Below are positions 28,533 through 38,488 of a stretch of DNA of 58,397 nt, in pieces. How positions within the stretch are numbered: position 1 is the stretch's first letter; every line of letters starts with the position of its first letter. The position numbers and the translations under genes were made by a program. This stretch comes from a virus (taxonomy: Duplodnaviria > Caudoviricetes), in the IMG/VR virus record IMGVR_UViG_3300025466_000039, positions 1 through 58,397 of that record. One strand, 5' to 3'. The notes under the pieces are model-generated. The model was not told where the DNA came from and made no database searches. It worked only from the letters and a program-made list of their open reading frames with translations.

Positions 28533-28889
28533 TCATGCCGTTTGCCAAGGTAAGGGCGGTTGAATGGTCGCAGGGTTAATCTGTGACGCTAGATTTGAAT
28601 TGATTGCAGTCTCTGTGGCAGTTTGGTCAACGCCATTTGCCCAACACCATCCCACAACTTCTGATTGTGTTAACTGTGCATAGGGCGTGAATGATGATCC
28701 TGTAGCAGGTTCAGGGAATGAACAAGTGCCATAGACAGAAGATGTAAATGTAACAGGTGGAGTGGCAGTATTAGCCTCGGTTCCTGTGCATCTCCATCCA
28801 CAAGTTAAAACGACTTCAGAAAAGCCATTGATGGTTTGTGTGGATGCTGACATCCAATCTATACTCCATAAAATTTGTGCGTTTAACAC
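28533..28889 (-). CDS. tail-fibre-associated protein
   Basis: FTPYAQLTQSEVVGW...PPLPW; follows the fibre gene. Confidence 0.6.
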   Translation of the reverse strand: MLNAQILWSIDWMSASTQTINGFSEVVLTCGWRCTGTEANTATPPVTFTSSVYGTCSFPEPATGSSFTPYAQLTQSEVVGWCWANGVDQTATETAINSNLASQINPATIQPPLPWQTA

Positions 28890-28900
28890 ATTAAACTCCT

Positions 28901-29086
28901 TTATTGAATTTCGTCAAGTTGTTGTTGAGTTGGCTTAGGATAAGTTGGATGGTTCCAAACATCTATGTAATCACCTTTTCCATCCCCATCATTGCGAACA
29001 ACAATGATGTTATTCATAGGAATAAAGTCAGTGAACTTTAAATCTGGGTAAAGAATGCATATTTTTTCGGCTAGTGATTTCATCAT
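28901..29086 (-). CDS. XkdW-like tail fibre chaperone
   Basis: LYP.L...VRNDGDGKGDYI..WN...PKPT..QL. Confidence 0.6.
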   Translation of the reverse strand: MMKSLAEKICILYPDLKFTDFIPMNNIIVVRNDGDGKGDYIDVWNHPTYPKPTQQQLDEIQ

Positions 29087-31083
29087 GCTCCTCTTGCTAA
29101 AAATGCTTCAAATCTTGTGGCAACGCCTGAATTAACATTAACATTGCTAGAACAAGTAAAATAAACTTCAATGTAATCAGTTGACCCATTCATATAAACA
29201 ATAGCTGAACCAAGTTGATATTGGTCATTGGCCCCACCATTATTCCATGATGTCATTGATGCATAAAAGCCACCATTTAAATATAGCGATACAGTTGTAT
29301 TTGCACCATTTGTTGCAGTGCCTGCTTGACCACTAGGAATACAAGTATTTACTTGGTAATAACCTGCAACATTAGGTGTATATCTTTTGTTTGTAAAGTC
29401 AAAAGATGAAGAAGTGTCCCACCCACTAGATGTTGTCCAATTCGTTATTTTTGTAAGCGTGTTTGCCGTAACTGCTTGTGTACCAGATGAAGTTACTTTA
29501 AATGTAGGTGTACCCGTCAATCCTTTTGGTGCTTGGATTTTTCCACTTCCACTAGGGCTTGTTGTAGTACCCACTAACAAGTTACCACTATTATCTAGTG
29601 TCATTGCTTGGGTGAAGGATATAGTTCCACCAGCAGTACCAGTACCTGCCGTATTCCAAATGTGTTGTCCAGCATATTGCGTATAACCTGACGCATAGCT
29701 AGATGTTTTGTAAATGTAATTGCCAGAAGAATTTTTATATGTGTTTGCAAATACACTTATTGATGAGTTGTTGCTTGTAATAGCAGAGTTTGAACCACCT
29801 AAATCTAAAACTGAAAATCCAGATTGCCATGCGTTTGGTGTAGTTCCTAATCCTAAGTTGCCAGAGGAGTCAAGCACCATTTGTGCTGTACCGCCTTTTT
29901 GCCATTGGTATGTTGTAGCACCACCGTTGGCTGTTGCAACATTAAATAACAAAGCACCTGTAACCGTAGCATCGTTTTTAATAGTGCTGTAATATGTTCC
30001 GCTACCAAGCCAAATTGTTCCATTATTAGCTGTGGAATCTTGTACGTTAAGCGCTGCATTAGGACTACTTGTACCTATACCTAGATAGCCTGATGAATTA
30101 AATGTGCCAACAGTACCGCCTCCAACTATTTGAAATTGTAAACTTCCTCCTGATGGATAACCTATTGCGGTTGCAGAAGCATTTGCATAAACATAAGAAA
30201 CAGCAGAATTGTTTACTGTAAAACTAAGTTTGTTTGCCAAACCAGTTGTAGCATTCATCACATAATTTGTCCCTGATACAAAAGTAGAATTACTTGTTGT
30301 TCCCAAATACAAATTTGTTCCATCAAATCCAAGTGTTGACCCAGTAGCCAAAGCACTTGTACTTGTAGCGTATGCTACGCCATTCGTTGTTAAGCCACTT
30401 AATCCTGTTGATATAGGCAATCCTGTTGCATTAGTCAATGTAACGCTAGATGGCGTTCCAAGGGCAGGAGTTACCAATGTAGGAGAAGTGTTCAACACCA
30501 CGCTACCTGTACCCGTAGATGTAGTCACACCCGTACCACCATTGGCGACATTCAAAGTGCCTGCCAAAGTCACTGCGCCAGTCGTTGCGGTGTTGGGTGT
30601 TAATCCTGTTGTCCCTGCGCTGAATGAGGATACGTTGACTGTTGAGCTGACCTTTACATAATCCGTAGCTGTGACTGAATCATAATAAACAATCGCTGTT
30701 TCATTTGGCGCAATACTAACCCCAGTACCGCCTGACTTCTTGATGACAATCGCAAACCCGCCCGTGGTATTGTTAATAACTACAAATGTTCTACTTGACG
30801 CTGGAGCGATGATGTTTCTAATTGCCCCTCTAGCGCCTGTGCAGTTCAACACATAATACTGAGCTACTGTTGAGTTGGTCGCTGTGGACGTAAACGTAGA
30901 GGAGTTATTCCCGTTACTGACCGAGAGCGTGATGTCTGAGTCCTGCGTGATATTATTTGTACCTGCAACCGATACATCAATCAAAATCGTCAAGCCATTG
31001 TTGACATCATCGCCCCAAACACCAGACTCTGTGCCAGTAGTGGGTAGAGCTAAACCTAGTAGTGATGTGTTAGTTACTGTCAT
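29083..31083 (-). CDS. tail fibre protein
   Basis: T/S/G-rich; repeated LDSSGNLGLGT units; C-terminal beta-sandwich (TPNVAGYYQV...MNGSTDYIEV). Confidence 0.8.
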   Translation of the reverse strand: MTVTNTSLLGLALPTTGTESGVWGDDVNNGLTILIDVSVAGTNNITQDSDITLSVSNGNNSSTFTSTATNSTVAQYYVLNCTGARGAIRNIIAPASSRTFVVINNTTGGFAIVIKKSGGTGVSIAPNETAIVYYDSVTATDYVKVSSTVNVSSFSAGTTGLTPNTATTGAVTLAGTLNVANGGTGVTTSTGTGSVVLNTSPTLVTPALGTPSSVTLTNATGLPISTGLSGLTTNGVAYATSTSALATGSTLGFDGTNLYLGTTSNSTFVSGTNYVMNATTGLANKLSFTVNNSAVSYVYANASATAIGYPSGGSLQFQIVGGGTVGTFNSSGYLGIGTSSPNAALNVQDSTANNGTIWLGSGTYYSTIKNDATVTGALLFNVATANGGATTYQWQKGGTAQMVLDSSGNLGLGTTPNAWQSGFSVLDLGGSNSAITSNNSSISVFANTYKNSSGNYIYKTSSYASGYTQYAGQHIWNTAGTGTAGGTISFTQAMTLDNSGNLLVGTTTSPSGSGKIQAPKGLTGTPTFKVTSSGTQAVTANTLTKITNWTTSSGWDTSSSFDFTNKRYTPNVAGYYQVNTCIPSGQAGTATNGANTTVSLYLNGGFYASMTSWNNGGANDQYQLGSAIVYMNGSTDYIEVYFTCSSNVNVNSGVATRFEAFLARGA

Positions 31084-31086
31084 GTT

Positions 31087-31911
31087 TTATCCTGTTGAAA
31101 TCACTGTCCAATTCGGCGTTTGATTGTCGTCAATTGTAGACCAGCCTGGGGTCTGTGCGTCCCCAATATTCTGCCACGAAGGGTTCTGGCTGTCATCAAT
31201 TAAACTCCAATACACCGCAAACATATTGCCCACTTGACCCGTTGCGTTCACTCCTGTCAACTGAGCCGTCCTTGCTCCCATCGTCACGGAACCCACCAAG
31301 CCACTCGCCCCAACACCTGTCAAAGCTATCGTGATGTTTGGCCCAACTGAACCGACATTACCATTTGCGGTAACGCCCCTCAAAGCCGCTAAAACCGATC
31401 CGACTGCGCCCGTGGAGCTTGTTCCAGTCAATCCCACTGAACTGCTGGGGGCCACCGTACCAACTGCACCTGAAGCATTATCCCCTGTCAGTCCAAAACT
31501 CTTGGCTGGACTGACTGACCCTACCGAGCCACTGGCAAAAACTCCTGACAGCGCCCGAGCATTGGTGACCATCAACGTGCCAGCATACCCAGATGCCGCA
31601 TCGCCTGACAACCCCACCGATACACTAAAGCTGACCGACCCAACCGCTCCACTACCGCCAACACCTGAGAGCGCTATAGTGATATTAGGCCCGACAGACC
31701 CTACACTACCAATTGCTCCATCGCCCGTACCAGCCTCAGACTCAACCGCTACGACTGTCCCTACATTTCCTACGCCACCTACGCCCGTTAAAGCGATGGT
31801 GATATTGGGGCCAACTGATCCTACATTACCCGAGGCTGGGTCTCCTGTGAGTGGTAGAGTACCGCCCCAAGCTCCATCACCCCAGTTGCCATAGCCCCAT
31901 GTTAATGCCAT
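31087..31911 (-). CDS. Gly/Ser/Val-repeat virion protein
   Basis: WG.G.WG start; repeated GSVGPNITIALTGVG units. Confidence 0.7.
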   Translation of the reverse strand: MALTWGYGNWGDGAWGGTLPLTGDPASGNVGSVGPNITIALTGVGGVGNVGTVVAVESEAGTGDGAIGSVGSVGPNITIALSGVGGSGAVGSVSFSVSVGLSGDAASGYAGTLMVTNARALSGVFASGSVGSVSPAKSFGLTGDNASGAVGTVAPSSSVGLTGTSSTGAVGSVLAALRGVTANGNVGSVGPNITIALTGVGASGLVGSVTMGARTAQLTGVNATGQVGNMFAVYWSLIDDSQNPSWQNIGDAQTPGWSTIDDNQTPNWTVISTG

Positions 31912-31914
31912 ACA

Positions 31915-32382
31915 TTATGTTGTGGACAAACGTAGTAATGCTGAAGATGTCGAGTTGGAAGGCATGGTCAATGTAAACGTACCCGCCGTGATGGTCTGAG
32001 AACCAAAGGTATGAACGCTCACTGCCTTATTTGAAGCACTGGAGTTGTAAAGCAAAACAGCATCAAAGGCGGTGTTTACTGTCAAAGCTGTCCACTGAAA
32101 GCTCGCAGTAGGAGTCCAATAAGCCACGCCCGCCGTAGAAGATGAGTTGGTAGCAATCGGACTTGTACCATTTGTCACCGTCACACCACCAGCCGTATAT
32201 CCAGTACCTGAAGTGTTGGTCACCTCACCAGTAGTAGAGTACGCAGTTGTGGCCGCATTGACAGTAGCAGATGCAAAGTACAACGCTGCTTTGAATGTAT
32301 TACCTGTACCAGTGGTAAAGTTGTGAGTGGCTGTCATCAGCTCACCCATGAAAGAGGTACACATTGATTGCTGATTCGCCAT
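31915..32382 (-). CDS. virion structural protein (paralog of 32581..33024)
   Basis: TSF.....A.HNF...NTFK.ALY...TT.YS...EV..GY..GG. Confidence 0.75.
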   Translation of the reverse strand: MANQQSMCTSFMGELMTATHNFTTGTGNTFKAALYFASATVNAATTAYSTTGEVTNTSGTGYTAGGVTVTNGTSPIATNSSSTAGVAYWTPTASFQWTALTVNTAFDAVLLYNSSASNKAVSVHTFGSQTITAGTFTLTMPSNSTSSALLRLSTT

Positions 32383-32392
32383 TTTAAGCTCC

Positions 32393-32584
32393 TTAGAATG
32401 TTTCTACCGTACCCGAAACAAGGGACGGCATTTGTTTTAAAGTCACATGAGCAGAACGGTGAACCAACTCACCATCAAGATAGTACTCATCCCATGTTGT
32501 GTACTCAATATCATTGTCGATAAACCCGGGTCTATGCTCCAACAATGAAGTATCCATGTCGCCTTTGGTAGTTGTGATAATCAT
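32393..32584 (-). CDS. hypothetical protein
   Basis: TTKGDMD..LL...EY.LDGELVHRSAHVTLK. Confidence 0.7.
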   Translation of the reverse strand: MIITTTKGDMDTSLLEHRPGFIDNDIEYTTWDEYYLDGELVHRSAHVTLKQMPSLVSGTVETF

Positions 32585-33024
32585 GCGATCCTCATTATTG
32601 CATTAGTGCTGTTTATGGCAGGCATTGTGACTGTGAACGAGTTAGCACAAGTTTTATCTGCGCCAAAATCCAATAGAAAAACTGAAGCATTATTTTGACT
32701 TGAATTGTAAATCAAAGCACCACGAGCTGTAAACGCCGCTGGGCTCCACACTACATTTGCAAAAGACCAATAGGCCACTGTGCCACCTAAAGAACCAGAC
32801 GTTGGAGTTTGATTAATTGTCAAAATCTGTCCGCCTTGCGTATAACCTGTTCCAACTACCTCCCCAACAAGTTGGGTAGAGTACTGCGTTGTGGTCGCAT
32901 TCAACGTGGCCGCTGACGTAAATAGTGCAATTTTGAACGTGTTGGGATTGGTGGGCCCAAAGTTGTGTAAACCTTGAGCTATTTGAACTCTGAAGCTGGT
33001 CGTGGCAGTCTGGACTATGCTCAT
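32581..33024 (-). CDS. virion structural protein (paralog of 31915..32382)
   Basis: Same motif set; ARGALIYN, DFGADKT. Confidence 0.75.
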   Translation of the reverse strand: MSIVQTATTSFRVQIAQGLHNFGPTNPNTFKIALFTSAATLNATTTQYSTQLVGEVVGTGYTQGGQILTINQTPTSGSLGGTVAYWSFANVVWSPAAFTARGALIYNSSQNNASVFLLDFGADKTCANSFTVTMPAINSTNAIMRIA

Positions 33025-33890
33025 GTGACCGCCTGCCTAAATTGTGGAGTGCGGTATGCATCTTGACGCTCCATACCATCACCAAGACGTTTAGCAAGAG
33101 CTAATGCCTCAATGTACTTTTGATTGTAAAGCGCCATCATGTCTTGCTCACCCTTCATGAAGGTATAAGCCTCGACAAGAGATCCATACAAAAGCACGGT
33201 ATCAAAGTTGTCCCCAAGCCAAGAAGTACCACTTGGGTTGTTAGTGGTATCTGCGATTGAAACTGGGTAATAGTAATAATGCAACTCAGCGGTATAAGCA
33301 GTGTCAGGAGTGGGGCCCAGTATGAAAGACAATTCATTGGTGATTGCCCCGCTAACGACTGCTGGCCCAAACAAAGCATAGTACTGCGGTGTTCCGTAGG
33401 AGTTTGGAAACCCATAGGCTTCACGAATGAAATTGACGTCTTTGTTGAGTAAATACTGAAACTGGCCTTGGAACGTCACTGTTCCTGATACTGCGCCAGT
33501 GTTGATTGCAGATAATGCTATTGTGGTTCCTGAAATACTCGTCACATACGCATTAGATGCTATACCTGTTCCTTGCGCCAACTGGCCCACAACAATACCT
33601 GAATTGCTATTTACAGTGATCGTAAGGGCGCCAGAAGAGCCTGTAGCGGTCGTGGATGCAGTTGTGTAGATAGCCAGTGAGTAAGGCGCCAAAAAGTCCG
33701 TAGGAGACGCTAGATATTGGTTGTTGGGGCTTACCGATCCCGTCACGTTTTTTCGCAATGACGGGAACTGCACCGAGTTATAAATACGCTGTTCAGCTTG
33801 CTCAACAAACGTAGGAATATCCGCTACGAAAGTAGTCTCGTAGTTCTGCGTGTAATCCTGAATGTTTTGCTTGAGCTGGGCGTAGTTCAT
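33021..33890 (-). CDS. head-tail adaptor-like protein
   Basis: MNY..L...IQDY..N...F...AEQRI, P.YYA, GPTPD..Y..ELHY, LLYGSL.EA..FMK. Confidence 0.7.
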   Translation of the reverse strand: MNYAQLKQNIQDYTQNYETTFVADIPTFVEQAEQRIYNSVQFPSLRKNVTGSVSPNNQYLASPTDFLAPYSLAIYTTASTTATGSSGALTITVNSNSGIVVGQLAQGTGIASNAYVTSISGTTIALSAINTGAVSGTVTFQGQFQYLLNKDVNFIREAYGFPNSYGTPQYYALFGPAVVSGAITNELSFILGPTPDTAYTAELHYYYYPVSIADTTNNPSGTSWLGDNFDTVLLYGSLVEAYTFMKGEQDMMALYNQKYIEALALAKRLGDGMERQDAYRTPQFRQAVT

Positions 33891-34174
33891 GCCATCGGGC
33901 CTCTTGCCATCACACCTTTAGTCGCTGCACCTGTGCCACGAATCTTGATGCCGTCTTCTTTGACGCGGTCATCCATCGTAATAGACACGCCCATCAAAGG
34001 AACCCAGTTCTTTTTCTTCTGGAACTCTGGTTCTGTGAATGCATCGGCTGGTCCAACAGGACGGCCTTTCATATCATGCGGTTTTGCATACTCATCAGCA
34101 GTGCCATTATTAACATCACGCGCGCGATGAATAGCAGGACTATTTTTTTTGGTGGGTTTAACTTCTGGTTTCAT
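33887..34174 (-). CDS. small basic late protein
   Basis: IRGTGAATKG..ARGPMA C-terminus. Confidence 0.7.
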   Translation of the reverse strand: MKPEVKPTKKNSPAIHRARDVNNGTADEYAKPHDMKGRPVGPADAFTEPEFQKKKNWVPLMGVSITMDDRVKEDGIKIRGTGAATKGVMARGPMA

Positions 34175-34392
34175 TATTTGCTCCCAGGTTTTTGATTATG
34201 AGCGCGAGCCAAATTGCGGCCAACAGCTCTCATGGCTTTACCAGTGACACCACCCTTGGCCATCTTGTGGATTTTTCCACCCTTCTTGAGTTTACTCAAA
34301 TCAGTGTGTTTGCCAGGATGTTCCTGCTTATCGTGCATACCAAAAGCCTTTTTGATTAGCTTTTTGTCTTCCTTGATGTCATCATGTTTCAT
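34174..34392 (-). CDS. small basic late protein (xxxGG motif)
   Basis: LKKGG, MAKGG, GRNLAR. Confidence 0.7.
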   Translation of the reverse strand: MKHDDIKEDKKLIKKAFGMHDKQEHPGKHTDLSKLKKGGKIHKMAKGGVTGKAMRAVGRNLARAHNQKPGSK

Positions 34393-34401
34393 TTCAAACT
34401 C

Positions 34402-34791
34402 CTACGTTGTAACTATTGTGACTGTACCAATTTGCACCTGTAGAAGCAAATCATTTTGAGTCAAAGGAACATCAAATTGACTGGCACCACCCACAGGGTT
34501 CCACCCCCACTGAAATACTCTACTGCCTTCTCCAATACTACCTGTGGACGTTGTGCCAGAAGCGTAATAAGTGGTGTCAGGACGCGGATCACGCACCCCT
34601 TGAGGGTCATCTACTGGGTACATACCCAATTGCAACTGAGGTTGATCTGGATCCCAACAGGCTGGACAGACTTTTAAATCATAAACCTTGGTCTTGATGA
34701 TCTCTTTTTTGAGCTCTGTCAGTTTAAATTGAAATCCGCACCGATCACACTCGGCAATCGAGTTCTTGCCAGAGGAAAATCGGTTACCCAT
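34402..34791 (-). CDS. Zn-finger late protein
   Basis: CDRCG...VCPACWDPDQPQL...DPRPD. Confidence 0.75.
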   Translation of the reverse strand: MGNRFSSGKNSIAECDRCGFQFKLTELKKEIIKTKVYDLKVCPACWDPDQPQLQLGMYPVDDPQGVRDPRPDTTYYASGTTSTGSIGEGSRVFQWGWNPVGGASQFDVPLTQNDLLLQVQIGTVTIVTT

Positions 34792-35744
34792 TACGAATAA
34801 CCCCCACCAATGTACATTCTGCGAGGTACAAAACGCACCGCCGCCTTCTCATGGTCTTCGCCAGCTGCTAATTCCCACGCCTCATCATATTGAGACTTCA
34901 AAATTGGCAATCTTTCCAGTCCGCCTGGCACTTTTAACGCCATGTAATACGATAAACCACTCACCATAGCGGTAATAAACCGAAAAGGGACATCCATAAT
35001 GTTGGTACCGCTACCAACATCTTGCATTCTACGCATTCTCCAGTAGACAAACTGGTATGTATTGGCACCATCGGGTGTTGGCCATACAGTGATACTGTTC
35101 TTTTGGTTTAAAAGCAGTGGTGTGCCAGCCACATGAGTGGCTGCAGTCGTATTACCTTGGCCACGAGTGCAGTTTAAGAGGTACGCGGGGTTACCATTGG
35201 CAGCAACTTGCAACTCATTCCATCCAATCAGTTCATTATCAAGTGTAATCCAGCCCGCATTTGGCAATCCAGCCACCCCGCTGATGGCAATTTGAGTGTC
35301 ACTAGTGCCAACAGCAGAATTAACAGTAATTCCAGTAGGTTGAGAGTTGGCTGTAAGACGCTGAATCCATACCTGAATTGGGCGTCCTTGAATTAATTTG
35401 TTGGGTATCGTTGCATAAGTTGGCATGCTTATGCGTGTAATCGTTAAATCAGCTTGGTTTGATGGCTGATTTTGTTGCGTTCTAATAACGTGATCCAATA
35501 GATCAACGGTATCATCTGGCAACGCATAAGTTGGTTGGCCTTGAACAAGATTAATAACATCTTGCTCAAATGTCCACATGTTAATTCCGCGATTTGCCCA
35601 GTCTGTAAAAAGCAAATTCAATGATCTTCTGGCTGTTTTAATGTCATATCCGGTACGGGATTCACCGCCACAACGCTCAAAAGCCTCCTCGACTAACTCG
35701 GGAAGCTGTAGATTAAACGTTGATAAACCAGATGTTTGTGCCAT
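34791..35744 (-). CDS. head-tail connector/adaptor protein
   Basis: EEAFERCG...TGYD.KTARRSLNLL..DWANRGIN.W; DVPFRF. Confidence 0.7.
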   Translation of the reverse strand: MAQTSGLSTFNLQLPELVEEAFERCGGESRTGYDIKTARRSLNLLFTDWANRGINMWTFEQDVINLVQGQPTYALPDDTVDLLDHVIRTQQNQPSNQADLTITRISMPTYATIPNKLIQGRPIQVWIQRLTANSQPTGITVNSAVGTSDTQIAISGVAGLPNAGWITLDNELIGWNELQVAANGNPAYLLNCTRGQGNTTAATHVAGTPLLLNQKNSITVWPTPDGANTYQFVYWRMRRMQDVGSGTNIMDVPFRFITAMVSGLSYYMALKVPGGLERLPILKSQYDEAWELAAGEDHEKAAVRFVPRRMYIGGGYS

Positions 35745-35998
35745 TATTTAGCCGCTCTCATGTTGTCTATCAGATTTGGGTAAGGTCTACCCGCCGCTTT
35801 TGCAGCTTTCTTTGCGGCAGCTTTTTTAGCGGGGCTTAGCTTCTTGGGTTTTCCTAAACCTTTGGGTCTAGGCTTATCCCAAACTTCACCACCCTTTTTG
35901 TAGACAGATACATCGTTCGGATTATCCTTGCGATGTATCGTTTTTCTACCAGGCATTTTGGACGGGTTGATATCACCCATTCCGCGGCTTGCCATCAT
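35744..35998 (-). CDS. small basic late protein
   Basis: SRGMG.INP.K, YKKGG, GRPYPNL.DNM. Confidence 0.7.
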   Translation of the reverse strand: MMASRGMGDINPSKMPGRKTIHRKDNPNDVSVYKKGGEVWDKPRPKGLGKPKKLSPAKKAAAKKAAKAAGRPYPNLIDNMRAAK

Positions 35999-36231
35999 TT
36001 TTTAGCCATCCCGCCACCACACATTACGATGTGGCCTTTGGTGTGTCCCTTCTCGCAACAACCATCAGCACGCTCGCTTGCACGATGAGCAGAACCGCCC
36101 TTTTTCATGCCACCAGGACGTTTTGCAGCCAACAAGGGGTTGATGGGCATGCGGCCTGCCATAGGCGTTCTGGAACGCATTGGAGCAGCCGCAGGCGCCA
36201 TTTGATTCATCATCATTGGATTCATTGGCAT
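35995..36231 (-). CDS. small Met/Pro-rich late protein
   Basis: MKKGG, RADGCCEKGHTKG. Confidence 0.65.
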   Translation of the reverse strand: MPMNPMMMNQMAPAAAPMRSRTPMAGRMPINPLLAAKRPGGMKKGGSAHRASERADGCCEKGHTKGHIVMCGGGMAKK

Positions 36232-36241
36232 GATAATCTCC

Positions 36242-36448
36242 TTATTTGGATTCTTGGTGCTTGTGCATGTGCTCTACGATTTCATGATGCTTGTGATGGC
36301 CAGCAGCATGCTCTCCGTAGTGGTGATGATGGTGAACATGTCCACCAGCTTCATGTTCCTTCATGTGATGTACATGGTGTTTGTGCTCATGAGGATGTTC
36401 GTGTCCAACTGGATGAACGTGCTTATGATGTTCGTGATGATGTTTCAT
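36242..36448 (-). CDS. histidine-rich small protein (30 of 68 residues His)
   Basis: GAGGA RBS before ATG 36448; collinear with the late operon. Confidence 0.65.
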   Translation of the reverse strand: MKHHHEHHKHVHPVGHEHPHEHKHHVHHMKEHEAGGHVHHHHHYGEHAAGHHKHHEIVEHMHKHQESK

Positions 36449-36455
36449 GATGTCC

Positions 36456-36908
36456 TCACTTCTTGTGATGATGTTTAGCGTGGCCACCACGCTTCATACC
36501 CGTTGTAGAACCAGCCATCTTGGGCTCCATACCTCTGGTGTGACCACGCTCTTGAACAGAGTGTTCGCCATGTGCGCGCATACCGCCTTCTTTGACTTTT
36601 CCCATCTTGGCTGTAGTCATACCCTTTTTCTCTTCAACACCGTGCATTCCAGTGACTCCACCGGTAGCCATTTTTTTAACATGACCGCCGTGTTTCATCG
36701 CTTCTTTCAAGTGATGATGAGCCATTTTCATGTGATGATGATGCATTTCGTGCTTTTCCATATTTCCACCTTGTTTAAATGTGCGGCCTTTGTCCGCTTT
36801 ACTGAACTCTTGCCCCACATTTTGAGGGACCCCTACTTTCTTGGCGAACGATGGATTGTGAGCCACCGCCTCCATGAATCTGTGTTGTTTTGCGCTTGTG
36901 CTTGGCAT
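36456..36908 (-). CDS. small basic late protein with multiple xxxGG motifs
   Basis: MPSTS.KQHRFM.AVAHNP.FAKKVG.PQ.VG.EF..ADK. Confidence 0.75.
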   Translation of the reverse strand: MPSTSAKQHRFMEAVAHNPSFAKKVGVPQNVGQEFSKADKGRTFKQGGNMEKHEMHHHHMKMAHHHLKEAMKHGGHVKKMATGGVTGMHGVEEKKGMTTAKMGKVKEGGMRAHGEHSVQERGHTRGMEPKMAGSTTGMKRGGHAKHHHKK

Positions 36909-37378
36909 TATCTCATCCTTCCTCTGGTATGGCCGCGTTGAGCAATTCCATCGCCACGTTTAGATGTTTTGGTTTGTTTAAACTTTATTGTGATACTTTT
37001 ATCACCGCGTTTTTCAGCCGCCTTAACAGCCGCAGATGCGCTTTTATAATGTTTAATCTTGCCGCCTTTTTTCATCCCCTCAGATCCGCTTGATCCGGCA
37101 AATTGACCTTGATCTCCCATTCCGGGAGCTGCAAATCTACCAACATCAGAATCTTCATTAACGCGATCCATTGCATCTTGTCTTGCGCCAGGATACTTTC
37201 CAATAATATATTTGCCTTTTCCTGTGACACTGTTAACGTCATTCTGAATAGCTCTATACATCTCTTTGGGTGACAACTTGTTGCTACCCATTGGAATATC
37301 TGCAACGTCCTTTTCTGGACCCGCAAGCATCTCAACCAATTCCTGGGGTGTTGCATAAGATATTGGTTTAGTAGCCAT
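36908..37378 (-). CDS. small late protein
   Basis: MKKGG and RGDGIAQRGHTRG C-terminus. Confidence 0.7.
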   Translation of the reverse strand: MATKPISYATPQELVEMLAGPEKDVADIPMGSNKLSPKEMYRAIQNDVNSVTGKGKYIIGKYPGARQDAMDRVNEDSDVGRFAAPGMGDQGQFAGSSGSEGMKKGGKIKHYKSASAAVKAAEKRGDKSITIKFKQTKTSKRGDGIAQRGHTRGRMR

Positions 37379-37379
37379 A

Positions 37380-37667
37380 TTAGATTATCCTTCCTTTGGT
37401 ATGTCCTCTAATGGCACAGCCATCAGCACAATTCCAAGCCCGAAGGCTTTTGTTAATCCGACTGTTTGGATCTTTGGCTGTCTTCTCTGAAGTCAGCTTG
37501 GCTTTCATTCCTGACATTCTGGCGCAAAAAGACGTCTTCCTTGATCCGCCCTCGGGTTGAGGAGGCTTTAAATGCATCCCCTCCCTCGCGGCTGACGCTC
37601 TTCCTTTGGCGTTTAGCCCGCCATTCTTGTTCTTCCCTTCCGCTCTTTGCCATGCTGGAGTTGCCAT
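37380..37667 (-). CDS. small basic late protein
   Basis: AWQR.EGKN..GGLNAKGRAS...SFCARMSGM...PNSRINKSLRAWNC. Confidence 0.75.
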   Translation of the reverse strand: MATPAWQRAEGKNKNGGLNAKGRASAAREGMHLKPPQPEGGSRKTSFCARMSGMKAKLTSEKTAKDPNSRINKSLRAWNCADGCAIRGHTKGRII

Positions 37668-37669
37668 GA

Positions 37670-38443
37670 TTAACCATTCAAAATCAAATAGCCCTCTTGC
37701 GAAACCGTTAAGGCCGCAGTACCAGTACTGGCTTTTGCTTGCAATTGGATGTCCGTTTTTTCCGCCACAGCTCTGGGCATGACCCGTTGCGTATGGTAGT
37801 TGTTTGTAAACGGAGCAATGATCGTAACAGTGGATACACCAGTGTTAGTTGTTTGGTAATTTTGATACGTCGCAAAACCAGCAGGATTAGCATTCAAGCT
37901 AGTATTGATGTCAATACGGCTTAAATAAAACGTATAGCCCGCAGGTACGGTATAGATGCCCATCAAAGTGCGACCGTTGCCAGCTAAAATTTCCGCATAC
38001 AAAGTTGTATCAGATGTATCTTTTAGCGTGATGTTACCAGTGGGTGCGCCGGTGGTTACTGACATGCTATTGATACGGAGGTACGATTTCACTGTAGTCA
38101 CAGCGGTCGTTCCGTTCAGCTTTATAGTTTCAGAAATTTGGTTATAGTTTGCATCCAGCCCATTGATAAGAACAAACGTATTTGTCTTGTCATCGCCACT
38201 GTTAACAGAACTAGCAACGTGCATTTGAATTGCAGACGATGGAAAAGTGTAGGTGGTATTGCCTTCCCACACAGGAACAAACGATGTGCCTACTGCTGAT
38301 TGATAGCCATAAATGTTCAGGACACTATGTCCGTAAATTTGGCCACGCGCAACCTGTAAATCAAACGGTTCGTAAAGCGCTTGTCTTGTAATTGAATTAA
38401 CGATGTTGCCCGTGCTGGGTACACCATTTGGACTTTGTGCCAT
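37670..38443 (-). CDS. beta-rich virion protein
   Basis: AAGGAG RBS; I.GLDANY...SE...LNG motif. Confidence 0.65.
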   Translation of the reverse strand: MAQSPNGVPSTGNIVNSITRQALYEPFDLQVARGQIYGHSVLNIYGYQSAVGTSFVPVWEGNTTYTFPSSAIQMHVASSVNSGDDKTNTFVLINGLDANYNQISETIKLNGTTAVTTVKSYLRINSMSVTTGAPTGNITLKDTSDTTLYAEILAGNGRTLMGIYTVPAGYTFYLSRIDINTSLNANPAGFATYQNYQTTNTGVSTVTIIAPFTNNYHTQRVMPRAVAEKTDIQLQAKASTGTAALTVSQEGYLILNG

Positions 38444-38466
38444 GAATAATCTCCTTAATTAAAGAC

Positions 38467-38482
38467 GGGGGCCGAAGCCCCC
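38467..38482 (-). terminator. GC hairpin with UUCG tetraloop (weak terminator or stabiliser)
   Basis: minus strand GGGGGC-TTCG-GCCCCC then GTCTTT. Confidence 0.6.
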
Positions 38483-38488
38483 AGAAGA

